Positions 27,251 through 41,032 of a stretch of 64,000 bases of DNA are shown here, piece by piece; position 1 is the first letter of the stretch; each line of letters begins with the position of its first letter. Below the pieces are notes generated by a model that was given only the letters and a program-made list of their open reading frames with translations, ran no database searches and had not been told where the DNA came from. Location of the stretch: contig OX597814.1 of NCBI GenBank assembly GCA_951406725.2, positions 60,016,001 through 60,080,000 on the forward strand, in the 5' to 3' direction. A program made the translations under genes and the position numbers. This stretch comes from Octopus vulgaris. Its lineage: Eukaryota.

Positions 27251-28713
27251 CTAAATCGATGGGTTTACCTAATCATTTCTCCTCAAAAACCTTGCTGGTG
27301 TTCTCTAGATATTCTCGTCTATTTACTGTGGTCTACATATAAAAAATGAGCTCTTTATTGATAACAGCCCCTATCCGAATCACGAGATCTAGTTTATGTT
27401 TCTAATTTATGCTTCTATCTCATGCTTTAGCATAAGCAATTAAGCGCATTGTACTTGAAGGTACACACTATTACAATACAAGCATATACGCTAATACTTG
27501 TTTCCTGCACACACCTACACAACGTCTTGCATGAATAAAATACACGTTTACACTAGTATACTGAAATTGAACGCTTGAGCTAAACAAACACGATTCTCAG
27601 CGATTGCTTTTAGTCACACTTCACAATCCCTTTGATAAACCAATCAGTGAATGTTATCCAACGAATTATCATAATCACGTCACAGTAGAATGTTGTCATT
27701 GTGGTCGTTTGCTGTTTCTCCATGGTATCTTTTGTTACAACACAGTATTTTTACACAGCCTCGTACCTACGTATTTACCCCAAGATGCTCGATTTTAATG
27801 ATATCGTTTCTGCTATATTTCGGAAACAACGGTATGTACTTTATATAATGCTCTGGAAAGCTATTAAGCAGTAATTTTCTGAATTAGCAAGCTGCCAATA
27901 CCCTTCACTCTAGCCCAACATATTTTTCCTCATTGTTATCTCTAGTCTCCCACCGAGCCCACACCAAAAATGTTTTCCAATCTTCCCTCAAGCTTCACAA
28001 GTTGAAAATTCCTATCTCAATTGTTTTTTATTATATTATTTTTTTCCAGAATTGGAGATCTGTAGAAATTAAAACAACACATCGACTGCTGCGATATTAC
28101 CTAGAAATATTGTAGGCGTTGCCCTTCCTTTTATTACTAATAGCACAAATAACATAGCTGCTTGTGTTGCTGGGAACAACAAGAATTATAAATTGTTGCA
28201 GTATTTTAATACAATAACTCATTCCATATCTATTTACTGTCTGTGAATAGTGATAAGAAAATACATTTAGAAATGATAGCCGGAAGCTACATAGCATTTA
28301 CTCAATAGTTTTACATATGGAATCGATTAGAAATCAAATAACTGCACAGAGTCAAGGAGAGATTGGAGGGAGGGATGGGGGGAGAGAGATCTTGTTTATT
28401 AAACCATATTTTGCAAACAAAATTTTCACCTAAGTACGGGTTTTGTTTCTTTTCAATTTAAATCAGTTAACTCATTCACGTTAAACAAATTGAATTAATT
28501 AACTTGCTGAATCACAGATAGCAATCAATTTTATGATATTTGAAGAAAATGTGATTATACCTATAGGGCGATACACATATTAATGTCTTTAAGATGATTT
28601 CACGAACGGCACATTAATGTTTGACATCAGAATGCAAAGGTAATAATTAAATTATATGTAAATTAAACACCCTGAGATTGAGTGATTTTCATTTTATAGT
28701 ATTTGTGTATATA

Positions 28714-28758
<45 letters not shown>

Positions 28759-28789
28759 GTATGTATGTATATATATATATATGTATATG

Positions 28790-28870
<81 letters not shown>

Positions 28871-28899
28871 GTGTGCGTGTGTGTGTGTGTATAATTACA

Positions 28900-29587
28900 T
28901 ACAGAGTAGCGCACAAAATAGCAACTTGGCTTCCGTACCATAGTCTAAATACAAAAATAATTTACACAGACAAAAACGTACCGAACCTTACGTTTGCAAG
29001 TGTCATTGAGTTATTTCGACTGCTTCAAACTACTAAACAAAGATGGTGCACTAGTCGACTGCTTGCTACGTTATCCTCACCGCATCCTCACCACACTAGT
29101 TAATTGTCAGATTTCATCGAGTGAACATACCTATATTTCTCTTCAAGATGACGTACTCAATTGCAGAAAGAGTAGAGATTTTGGAAGCTTCTGTGAAAAC
29201 GGGTTCTGTTAAGCAAACACGGGAAATTTTTGAAGTCAAATTTACAGGTAAATGCTTACCGACAAAGAGAACGATACAAATGTTGGTTAAAAAGTGGATC
29301 GCTATGTGGTCAGTGCACAACGCCCAAAAGCCAAGATATCCTATAGTTCGAACGCCAGAAGCTATTCAGAGTATTTACCAAAGTATTATTACTCGAAGGC
29401 CAAAGGGATCAGCACATACGTTAGGGCAATAAATAAGCAGGTGAAGCCAGCAGGGGTTAAAAAGCCTAAAGTTGAACAATTTTCAAAATCTTGTGTGAAG
29501 TTGAGTCCTTTCCACTACTTGTAAATTTATTACTGTATTTACACGATGTCACAAAAACCGGGCTACATTCTCGTGCGCCACTCTGTA
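28900..29587 (+). mobile_element. Non-autonomous Tc1/mariner-superfamily element retaining only the N-terminal HTH (DUF4817-like)
   Basis: TIRs TACAGAGTAGCGCAC and (revcomp) TACAGAGTGGCGCAC with TA TSD. ORF MTYSIAERVEILEASVKTGSVKQTREIFEVKF...LPTKRTIQMLVKKW...VRTPEAI. Confidence 0.85.
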
Positions 29588-29744
29588 TAAGAGAACAGGC
29601 TTCGTTTTGTGTTAAAAAGGTTGTTTCATAAACACGAAGCTTAGGATTCAGTCCCATTTCGTGGTCTCTTATCATGAAGTCTGGGGCTAATCAATACTTT
29701 GTGTGTGTATGTGTGAATGTTGTGTAATGGGGCGAGTGTGCGTG

Positions 29745-29946
29745 ATTTTGTATTTGTCTGTCATCCCACTGTTACAAACGGTGTTGGTTTTGTATATGCC
29801 CAGGTAAGCAGGTGGTTCGATTAAAGAAACCGACAGAATAAGTACCAGATTTGAAAAAAAGTAAGAATCAGGATCGATTTCTGCGACTAATATCTTCAAG
29901 AATAGAGTCTCATAGTGGTGGTTGAATGATAGAAACTAGTAAAAGT
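29745..29946 (+). mobile_element. SINE family 3, 3' half, decayed
   Basis: GAAACCGACAGAATAAGTACCAG...GATCGATTT matches the family 3 tail. Confidence 0.65.
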
Positions 29947-30224
29947 TAAATATAATAGATATTTACGCTTGACAGGAAAATGATAGACCTGTTGAAGAAG
30001 CAGTTGAGGTTAGAGTGTTCAATGCCACCTGAAAAGACATTTGTTTTTTCTTACCTGTTACGTATGAATGTCAAATACTGCAGGTTATTGAGGGCTAGGG
30101 GAAAAGTTACATAACATTGTTAAGCACCATATTCTTTATCTTATTTAGTGTATGAAACAGAATAAGGTTGAATGTCACACTTTTGTGAACAATTGTACAA
30201 GCACCTAAATATACACAGGAAAAT

Positions 30225-30428
<204 letters not shown>

Positions 30429-30704
30429 GGTGGCGGGAAAGAGAGAGAATTTCTGTCTATGCGTATGAATGTAGGTATGTATCTGTGTATCTCAGAATCG
30501 ACAAACGCGTATAGCAAAAAACGTGGATACAATTATGAGGAGTGTGAAATGTGAGTAACCAAATGATTAAACTAAAGCTACAATCGACGGCGGTGTTTCT
30601 CTCATCTTAGCTCTAAAATAGGATCAACATACATCATTAATGTGCTTCACTACAGCTGAGCTGGTAATGTATATCGATAGTTGTGTATTTATATGTAAAT
30701 AACA

Positions 30705-30750
30705 TATACACATCCCATATACACACACACAGACTCACACATACACACGT

Positions 30751-30781
<31 letters not shown>

Positions 30782-30908
30782 AAGACATACATATATATGT
30801 ATACATACATATACAAATATATATGTAAATCAGAATGTATGTATATGTCATGTATATATATAAAGTCATATACATATATACGGATTTACATGTATATATT
30901 TGTATGTG

Positions 30909-30954
<46 letters not shown>

Positions 30955-31112
30955 ATATGTGTGTGCACATATGCAAATATAGGTACATAATATATCATAT
31001 AAAAATATTTACACACATATATACACGCATGTATAGACATATCAATACATACAAACATATATATATATATGACAGCATATATATATTAAATATGATATAC
31101 ATATATATGAAT

Positions 31113-31177
<65 letters not shown>

Positions 31178-31200
31178 GTATGTATGTATGTATGTAGGTA
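30705..31200. repeat. Degenerate (TA)n/(TATG)n low-complexity tract
   Basis: Direct reading; it is the source of several YI-repeat ORFs. Confidence 0.9.
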
Positions 31201-31989
31201 AGTAGGAATTCATTCATGATGTAACAAGTACAAGAAAAATGACGTGTCGAGAAATAAATATTAAGAAAAAGTATGTGAGTAGAGAAGACGATGAAAAAGA
31301 TTGAGTGATAAAAGAATATTGCAGCAAATTCTGGAAAGATCTTCAAATAGAATGTTTTAAAGGAATAATAGGATAGATTCTAGGAAGCCATGTATAAGAG
31401 TTGAATAGATGTGCATACACGCAATATGTAACAAAGAAAACATTTCTGTTGTGCAATAAACCACAAAATTCACTATCTTTTATTGATGTCATAAAAACAA
31501 ATGACCAAAAACAATACAAACAAAACAGGTTAGAATTAAAAGCAAATCAAAACAACAGCTTATCTTTTAGTGATCGTTTCCACTCTAAGATAAATTTTCT
31601 ATATATTTATTGTACTATTTTTCTCTTTTTGCTTAAAGTGACACAGCTAAAATTGCAATTGAATCAGCTGTGAGGCGTGAGAAGGTCAAATATGCAAAGC
31701 TCTTTCAAGAAGTTAACGTCACTTTACAAAAGAATGACATATATAAAACATTAATCATTTTATTTCTGTGTGACTTGTTTTACTTTCTACTTTCTCTTTT
31801 GTCGAGGCTCGGAGTTCAAGGGAAATATTTTTGTTTATTTTGTTTTCCCTTTAGTTAGAGACCAGAGGAAACTTCTAACAAAAAGACATGTATTTCCATT
31901 CAACCATGCGTGTTTGAATTTCTAGATTCAATGATTTTGCATAAACAATTCAAATAAGGCATTACATATATATATATATAAATATAATT

Positions 31990-32083
<94 letters not shown>

Positions 32084-32621
32084 CATATACTTATATATAT
32101 ATACATATATACATATATATATATATATGTATGTATAAGAATATATAAATATAATTTATATATGTATATGTGTATATGTATATATATATATATATATCTA
32201 GATACACACAAGCACACATATATACATATATGTAGTGTGTGTGTATACAATATATGTGTGTATGCATACATACATATCTCGTTTGTCATAATGTAAAATG
32301 TGAATTTAGAATTCCATGAATTATTGCCATGTTATGGTTCAAATGCAAAACCAGTAAACACGAATAAATTCGAATTTAAATACGTGACTGCTGCAAACAT
32401 CGGTGTTTAATGGTTGAATACTCCGAAGGAAAAGTGAACGTTACATTCTATATCTTTTCTCAAATATTCTAGCCGATGGTAGATTCACAGAATTGCTAGG
32501 GCAGCAGAGTATACGATTTGCGATATTTTCTTGTTCCCTTGTACGTTATTAGTTCAAATCACAGAGAATTCAAATTTACAGTTCTTTGTTTTAGGAGAGA
32601 ATGAAAATACAGCTTCCAAGT

Positions 32622-34006
32622 AATGCATTCAGTAATATTGTCAGTCTCTCTCCCACCTCCTGAAGCCTTAGGGTCCTTCGGCGGGCAACCATTGTTGCTC
32701 GCTTTCTTCCTTTTTAATCATTTTTGGGTTGAGTTTGCTTCGGTCTCCTCAACCACATCCATCTCTCCCTTTTTACCGGGAGACTGTTCCAGGACCTTAC
32801 CATGGTCCTGGGGGCAGTTCTTTTTAATGTGGCCTGGCTGCAAGAACGAATGACACTTGTGGGGACACCCCTCATGTATAACCGGATACCTGCAGCCAGC
32901 CATTTAAAAAAAATCTGGAAAAGCCAGATCTGGTGCGGCCGATGGGGTCCACAGGGTCAAAATCTCTTGTGACCCTTCCCAATCGACCGCCGGCGATACC
33001 CTTACATTTAAGAGCCTGGGCCCGCTATTCTTCAGTTCCTGTTGGATGGTATCATCAATCCAACGTACCTAGGTGCCTGGGGAGTAACCCATATACCCAT
33101 GCTCTTATTAATTTCCTCCCACAGTACGACTTGAGGAACAGAATTTCGTTGCTCTCCAAGGGCTGGCTTGCAAAATTGCGAGACTCCTCCGGCGTGTCAA
33201 ACAGCAGCCTTACGGCTGCATGCTTGACACCGCGGGATATGTATTTCATAGAAGACAAATAGTCTTTCAGTTATTTTCGTATAGTTGGTTTTGGGAAGAC
33301 GGAGATGGTATCAAGAACATTAGAGTAAGTTCTAACCACCACCGTCCTCTCCTCCATATCTTTTAACTAGTGCTTGGATGGAGTAATTTCCCACTCCAAG
33401 ACAGGGTTCTTCTTTTTAAGTTCATTCTCTTCCATGTCCAAAAAGAACAGTTCAAAAGCAGTTCACAAAAAGAAAGAAAGAAAAAATGGAAGAAGGGAAA
33501 AAATAAAAAGAAAACAATGCATACAAATAGAACAGACAAGGAATCCTTAGCTCTGTATAATACTCCAACAGGCAAATCCAATAGTCAGGGACCTTCTCGG
33601 TAGTACTCCAGTTAGGTAATATCCACAGAGTACCACTTTTTCTAGCGAAATACGCATACCAGAATGTACAAGTTATTTGGCGAAAAAACAATTGCCTCAC
33701 AGAATTTTACCCCAAAGAAGTTTTCAAACAATTCTCTTTCCACCGTTATGGCGACGAGAACACAATATTTTTGCTCGCTGGGCGAGCTATAATTTGAAGG
33801 CGCCAAGGCAGACGAAATCGCCTCAGAGCTAGGCAGAAACTTACTGAAATAAAGAAAACACACAATAAATTCCCACCCAGCTCGGAAGACAAAAAAAACA
33901 CCTCACCTTGACGACTTTTCTTTTTGCTCTCTTTTTCCATTCACGGAGCCAAAGATCGCGTCTTCTCTCTCGGTAAGCAAGAGGCCAACTAGCGGTACAT
34001 GACTTT
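32622..34006 (-). mobile_element. L1/Tx1-like LINE 5' portion: 5'UTR plus decayed ORF1 with zinc knuckle
   Basis: Disrupted ORF from ATG at 33435 (MEENELKKKNP...YISRGVKHAAVRLLFDTPEE...RAWVYGLLP) leading to VIHEGCPHKCHSFLQPGHIKKNCP (degenerate CX2CX4HX4C preceded by a YxGQP-like motif). Clade assignment is inference. Confidence 0.65.
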
Positions 34007-34041
34007 AAGCAAGCTACTTACCTAACAGCCACTCCTGCACC
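34007..34041 (-). mobile_element. SINE family 3 tRNA-like head only
   Basis: GGTGCAGGAGTGGCTGTTAGGTAAGTAGCTTGCTT matches the 5' end of 53636-54011. Confidence 0.75.
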
Positions 34042-34199
34042 TATATATATATTGTTTGTGTGTGTGTGTGTGTGTGTATTATCAACTACACATATTCGAA
34101 ATATACAACCAGTATTTTCGCCTGTAGGCTGCAAAGCAACGCGGCGGCAATCTCCCTCAAATCTCCAGCAGATGTTAAAACATCTGAAAGTCAATGACA

Positions 34200-34400
34200 T
34201 ATAAACACACCAATATCGTTGTCAATTAATGGTGGGGAGGGGAGAAAATACGGAGATAGAAACTACATATACAAATAAACATATATGTGTGTGTGTGTGT
34301 GTGTATACGATGTTATTCTTTCAGTTTTTCTCACCCAAATCCACGCAAAGGCCGTGGTTGGCCTGAAGCTATAGTAAAAGACACTCGCCCAAACTGCCAC
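34200..34400 (-). mobile_element. SINE family 3 internal fragment
   Basis: CAAATCCACGCAAAGG...GCTATAGTAAAAGACACTCGCCCAA matches 53870-53935. Confidence 0.7.
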
Positions 34401-34416
34401 ACATATATGAATATCT

Positions 34417-34482
<66 letters not shown>

Positions 34483-34531
34483 TGGAAGGTTTGGAGATGA
34501 TGTACAGGTATTTTATTTTATATTAGAAGAA

Positions 34532-34961
34532 ATGAGGTACTAGAAGAAAATCGGATGGTTTATATTTACAGATATTTATTTGTATATTACATTTTTTATA
34601 CATCATATAACTTAGATCAAGTATATAACTTAGATCATCTATTAGTGCTTTCTCCCATTCTAGTGGGGTTTTCAAATCAAACTAAGTTCATGTGTGAAAA
34701 GTTTTGACCATTTTATGATCTCTCTCTCTCAATTTCTCCTCATCCATCACCCTCTTGTACTGTGTTATATTCCTCCCCACCACTATAAACTCAATACCAC
34801 TATAAAATGGTCAAAACTTTTCACACAGGAACTTAGTTTGATTTGAAAACGCCACTTGAATGGGAGAAAGCGCTAATACATGATCTAAGTTATATGATGT
34901 ATAAAAAATGTAATATACAAATAAATATCTGTAAATATAAACCATCCGATTTTCTGAGTAC

Positions 34962-34966
<5 letters not shown>
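34532..34966. repeat. ~165-bp inverted repeat with ~85-bp spacer (probably an inverted Penelope pseudo-LTR)
   Basis: Arms 34532-34716 (carrying a short internal duplication) and 34802-34966 are near reverse complements, with (TA)n on both sides. Confidence 0.85.
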
Positions 34967-35014
<48 letters not shown>

Positions 35015-36444
35015 TTTTATACATATTGACTTCTTTATATATGCATATGTATATAGAAGCACACACACACATACAGACACATATATATATATATATCGAT
35101 AAAATGAGTGGTTAGAAAAATACATACATTCACACATATCTACCTATTTACATAGATACATAGTTACATGTACGCATACATATGCATACATACATATATA
35201 CATATTTTCATTTATATACGTGTATATGTGTGTGTTTGTGTGTGTGTGCCCATAGTTCGATGGAAAACCGTTCAATTAATGTTGATGTTCAACCGACCTC
35301 TGTCTTTAAGTGATGAATTTCTGACAATATCATTGTCTCTCTAAAGAAATTACAGTTCATTATGTAGTATTTAAATAGATGTATTTGGATATAAATATAT
35401 ATAATTAAGAGCCAAGATAACATTATCTACGCTAGCAGCTGATTGCTGTTCTGAATTGCTCTTTAGAACAAGTAGTTGATTTGAAACACTTAGAATCATT
35501 GTACAAAAGTCGCAATTCAGTGAAATTTGCTTTGATTTCAGAAGGATATGCGAAATCATGCAAGACATTGAGCATCTATAGAAGTCCTCAAGCAAAACGT
35601 CGATAATCATAGAGATTTGGTTAGTGAATACAGTTTTGATTGCAAGTTATATCATTATATTTTTCGAAGTATAGATCATTGCTATTTATGTCTTTTGGCA
35701 AGTATGAATATGTCGAGTGAAAATATATGAGCTAATAACTTATTTTGCGTAATCCTTACAAGTAGTTCCAAACATTGATAGTTGGCTGTGTGCAGGAAAT
35801 TATAGCTTTGTGTATCAATTTGATATCTGCTACAGTTCTTTTCGACGTTATTTCTGAATTGTGTATACAATGAAGCACAAGAATTACAGTAGTTGATTCG
35901 GTATAACTATATTTATTTGAATAATAGTAACACGATTCTCGCCTTATTATTTATTTTCCGACCAGCCGTTACTGAAGATGTACCAACACTCCTTGTTCTT
36001 CCACGAGTGATAAACCCACGCGCAGATTTCTACAGTTGTCAATTCAACACCAAATAAAAAGTCATAAAAATAAATATTACAAGAAATTCTCACGTGCTTG
36101 CAACAAACACAATAGATACGAAGAAAGAAATGCAATTATTAAAACAGAGTACAGACATGTCTAAATATAACATTGATCTTGCAAAAATCATGTCCTTGTA
36201 AATCGTAAACATTATTCAAGACTACATTCATCAGACAATGTAAAAAGATACGCTCCAGGCAATTTTAACTTATATATTTGTGATATGTACGAGGAATAAA
36301 TAATGATATTTAATTCTGCTATGATAATAACACGCTACAAATATTAACCTTTTCCCCTGCTGGTTTGCCCAATAGTGTATACACACGTTGAAGGATTATA
36401 AAATAATGGTCTATTCAAATATACTTCATTTCCACAATTTAGTA

Positions 36445-37300
36445 GAATCTACAGGTACAATACAGTTTTTTTATAGGATGGTATGTTTTCAAATTGATGA
36501 CCATTATGTTCCAGAAACTGATGGTAATATGAAGTAATAGAATCAAAACATCAAGAAATATTTTGTTTAGTATCTACGAGTATTCCCGTTCAATAGTTGC
36601 TCTCAATACATCAACAGCTGCTGGTTTTGTCCCGTAAATTTATCTTTTAAATATCTCGATGAAAACATCAAGTGGCATGAGGTTCGGTAAAGGGGGAATG
36701 TACGCTACAGAATGTTTTCATCCAATCCACTTGTTTGGCAAAATCTTATGAAAGTAGGCCCCTATACTACTATGCTATATTTAGGGAGCATATTATGATG
36801 GAAATAAAACTCCCATATATTCAAGGACCTCTTGAAAACTAGGTATGGCTGACTACCTCGGTACGTTCAAGTAATTGAGACCAGTTAGAGTACCGTCAAA
36901 ATAGAATTGCCCAATTAATCATTAATAAATGGTACCATACTGCAACTCTGGTAAGTTTATAATATATTCTTCTGTAATAAGTGGTTTCTCGGGTTCCTAT
37001 TTGGTGCAAAGGTTATGTTTAATTGAACTTTTTAATTTAAACTTTCCCAACAACCTTTCTTGAAAAGTGAGCATCTTCTCCACATCTTGCCAAAAACTAC
37101 TTGTAAAACTTACTTCTACCGTCTGGGCCACTGTCATTGGGAAGAGCATCAACTATTCTTGAAGTGTAGCTTGATTTCGAAAATTCCTATCGCCTACACT
37201 ACTGACGCACAAGCCGTACGTAAATCTTACTGAAAATGTAGAATACCGAAATTGTAACCATAAATTTCACATCACTGATTGATCATTTAAAACAAGTGGA
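36445..37300 (-). mobile_element. Old Tc1/mariner-superfamily (DD37D-like) transposase relic
   Basis: Manual translation across frameshifts: LIGQFYFDGTLTGLNYLN, ILPNKWIG, PNLMPLDVF, YLKDK-YGTKPAAVDVLRATIERE, FLEHNGHQFEN. Not in the ORF track; ends approximate. Confidence 0.75.
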
Positions 37301-37746
37301 TGTAGAGTGTACAATATATGAAATAGAGTATTCGTAGCACATCGAAATAAGATTCAACTGAAATTTTACTGATTACTGAAAACCTGATACAGAATATGAG
37401 ACATATTATCAAACCCAAAAACTGTGATGCATTCATTTCTTATCCTAGATACCAAAACAAAAAATGAATGCCTTTGCCGTTGTATACATGTCTTAGTTAT
37501 TTATATGTCCTACATTTATCCACTGGATAAATGCATCATGATACATCAAATATTTTTGGAATGTTTATCAACACCCAATAATATCATGAGTTTAAATTTA
37601 TGAAGCTAATTTTTTCATGTATATATTGCCAGCGTTGCTTCATTACTTCGTTGCTTTGAAAAATAGACAACAGGGAATTCAGAGTAAAGAGCAAAGTTAA
37701 ATTTCAGCACATAATATAGATAGATACATAGATAGATAGATTATAG

Positions 37747-37843
<97 letters not shown>

Positions 37844-37921
37844 ATCGTTTGTAGAAATACATAAATCCGGAGGAGAAATAAACATACTCTAAGATGAAAA
37901 GCAATTATTGCTATTATTATC

Positions 37922-38670
37922 ATTTTATGTTTGACTTTTGCTTTACATTTGTACAAGTTGGCTCCAAGTCTCACCCAGAGACCTCAAGAGACAACAAGTT
38001 GAAAGTTCATGTTGGTGTTATGCCTAGGGTCCCATATATTTGGTTTTGTACATAGTGTTGTTCTAGAGAATGTTTAAGAAACCATAAGAAAATGATGCCT
38101 GTTTTAAAACTTGAGATTACGTAGAAAGTATTTTGCGTAGGATGTGAGCAGTTCCCATGAGCACTATCTTTTGAATTTCTGACATTTTGGGGTTTCCTGG
38201 TATCTCAGCTAGGTATCAATCAGCCCCTTTTGCTATCATTGCCAGGGCACCTATGACAACAGATATTGTTGTCTTCAGGTTCCACATTTTTCTTATTTCT
38301 ATTTCAAGATCTTTATATTTGCTCAGTTTTTGGTAGGTGTTGACAGATTCGTTTATACCGATAGAGACAGTCATCTCAATGAGGAGGCATGATTTTTGTC
38401 TGAAGTCTTTCAATATGATGTCTAGCCTATTCACATATATCTTTCTGTCAGTTTGAATAGTGAAGTTCCAGAGGAGTGAGTTGTGATCATTTTCAAGCAC
38501 TGGAGGTGGTTTGTGTTCCCACCAGTTTTTATCATGGGGCAAGTCCAGGCTTTTGCAAATTACCCAGTGAATATATTGTGCAGCTCTAGCATGCCTGTTG
38601 AGATATTCTGTTGGCCAAAGAAGACTGCACTTGGAGACAACATGACCAATGGTTTCATTTTGTTGTTGAC
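37922..38670 (-). mobile_element. R4/Dong-like RLE LINE 3' fragment
   Basis: WWEHKPPPVLENDHNSLLWNFTIQTDRKIYVNRLDIILKD...KLSKYKDLEIEIRKMWNLKTTISVVIGAL, flanked by TAA repeats. Confidence 0.9.
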
Positions 38671-38681
38671 ATTATTATTAA

Positions 38682-38760
<79 letters not shown>

Positions 38761-38774
38761 GTTATTATTATTAT
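38671..38774. repeat. (TAA)n microsatellite
   Basis: Direct reading; reads (TAT)n on the + strand. Confidence 0.95.
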
Positions 38775-39211
38775 TCAGTAGTATATTTTTTATATCGTGC
38801 TTTCACTTCACTACCGAGCGCAGCTCTGTGTGCCTTAGGTATGTGCTGTGATTTGTTGTGAAGCTCTGATGGTTATTGTATGGAAGGTGTTCTGCGTAGG
38901 ATGTGTGCGGTGCCTGGTAGTGCAATTTTCTGTATGTTATATGTGTTTGTAAGTCCTGGTGCTTTTGTTATGTATTTGTCTGAATATTTTTTTATCATGC
39001 CTAATGCACCTATTATGATAGGGATTGTTTCTGTTTTTAGATTCCACATTCTGGTTACCTCTATTTTCAGGTCTTTGTATTTTGAGAGTTTCTCCATTTC
39101 TTTTAGAGACACGTTGTCATTCGCTGGTATTGATACATCAATTAGAAAACATTTTTTTCTTCATGATCTCTGACAACTATATCTGTTCTGTTGGCCTTAA
39201 TTTCTCTATCG
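38775..39211 (-). mobile_element. R4/Dong-like RLE LINE 3' fragment (second family)
   Basis: DREIKANRTDIVVRD...EKLSKYKDLKIEVTRMWNLKTETIPIIIGALG...IQKIALPGTAHILRRT, between two (TAA)n tracts. Confidence 0.9.
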
Positions 39212-39220
39212 TTATTATTA

Positions 39221-39285
<65 letters not shown>

Positions 39286-39813
39286 GAGTGAGAGAGCAGT
39301 GCATGCCATCAAAGTAACATTGGGGTAAAATATACGAAGCCCATTATATCCATCATGACTACCCGTCTGATAAGGGGACACCAGACACATGCATCACAAC
39401 CATATATGCACGACATGGTGATCTTATATCAAGATAAACAGCGCATGATCTTGAAGGTGGGGCCCAGTTAGAATTTTCTTCTGTTCGAGTAGCCCATCCC
39501 GCTCAAGATGTTGAACGAACCACCCATGTTTCCAAAGGTGAAAATTACCAAACATCCAAGAATTCCTTTCAACACACGGCTATGATGCACCCACACTACT
39601 TCTGCTCATGATCAGAGATGCACATATCGTCAGCCACTAAGGGACATGGTCAACTGGTTAAGGTCAAACAACTGACAAGCAAATCTGTGGTACTGAGCAG
39701 AATATTTGCTGTAGCCCAACTTTTATGCCAAGACAAAACAATGCACATGATAACACTTCCAATCAGTTAAGATCAGATGTCATGAGAGCCACTGCCTGGT
39801 ACTGCGTCAGGGC
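39286..39813 (-). mobile_element. Non-coding ~530-bp interspersed element flanked by (TAA)n
   Basis: Second diverged copy at 44922-45330. No credible ORF; bounded by TAA tracts. The strand is inferred from tail orientation. Confidence 0.7.
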
Positions 39814-39814
39814 A

Positions 39815-39867
<53 letters not shown>

Positions 39868-39870
39868 TAA

Positions 39871-39946
<76 letters not shown>

Positions 39947-40516
39947 CATACATACATACATACACATATAAGCATGCATTTGTGCATATGCATATATTAT
40001 TTTTTAAATATATATATATATATAGTACGTGCATATATATAGATATACATATCCATATGCATGTGTGTGTATGCGCGCACGCGTTTGTGTGTCCGTGTCT
40101 TTGTGTGCATACACCATCAATATGATCGAGTCACCTGAAATCTGCTGAATAATCCTTTCAAGGAACAATACACAATACACCTCCGCAGTTGAAAAGTGGA
40201 ATCCTTACCATTTGAGATCTGTTAGAGTCAGATTGGTTCTGTCTCTCGACCTTTGTAACATAGCAAATCAAAATCATCTGCTAGCAAATATATAATTAAT
40301 CAAAACTATAACGCGTCTATATATACTCATTACGGACTAGCTGATTCGAAATTGAATATCTGAACGCTGTTGACTTTCATCATTGACAAATAACAGTGAT
40401 TATTTGTCCACATTCGAGTGTACTGGAATGCATTGAGAATTAATAAATACATACACATGCACTTATATACACATAAACACATGAGCACATATACACAACA
40501 AGACAAAGATAAACAT

Positions 40517-40550
<34 letters not shown>

Positions 40551-40821
40551 GGTCACTTTTAATGCACTATTTAAAGGCAACTAAAATATCTTTTATCATG
40601 TTAGAACGTGAGCCAGCTGACGTGTGTTAGTATTCGTCAATAAATATGAGTAACTCGCAACACGTTTAAGCGATTTGTTTAAGATATTTGTATGAAGGCG
40701 CGAGAGAGGAATACTAATATAAATCTATGATGGAATAGATTATAAAATTAGCTTTGCAACAATTGCATCCTTAACAATGTAGTAGCCTCTCACTCTCCCT
40801 CTTTCTCTCACTGTCTCTCGG

Positions 40822-40884
<63 letters not shown>

Positions 40885-40979
40885 ATATATATGCACATAT
40901 ATAGAGAAATAGTTAGATAGATTGCTATAGATATATGTATATATGTATATGCATCTTTATATTCACATATATATATATG

Positions 40980-41032
<53 letters not shown>

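Noticed and set aside
39700-39813. Possible HDV-like ribozyme at the 5' end of the TAA-flanked element
   Set aside because: By eye I found no P1 partner for GCCCUGA and no nested double pseudoknot.
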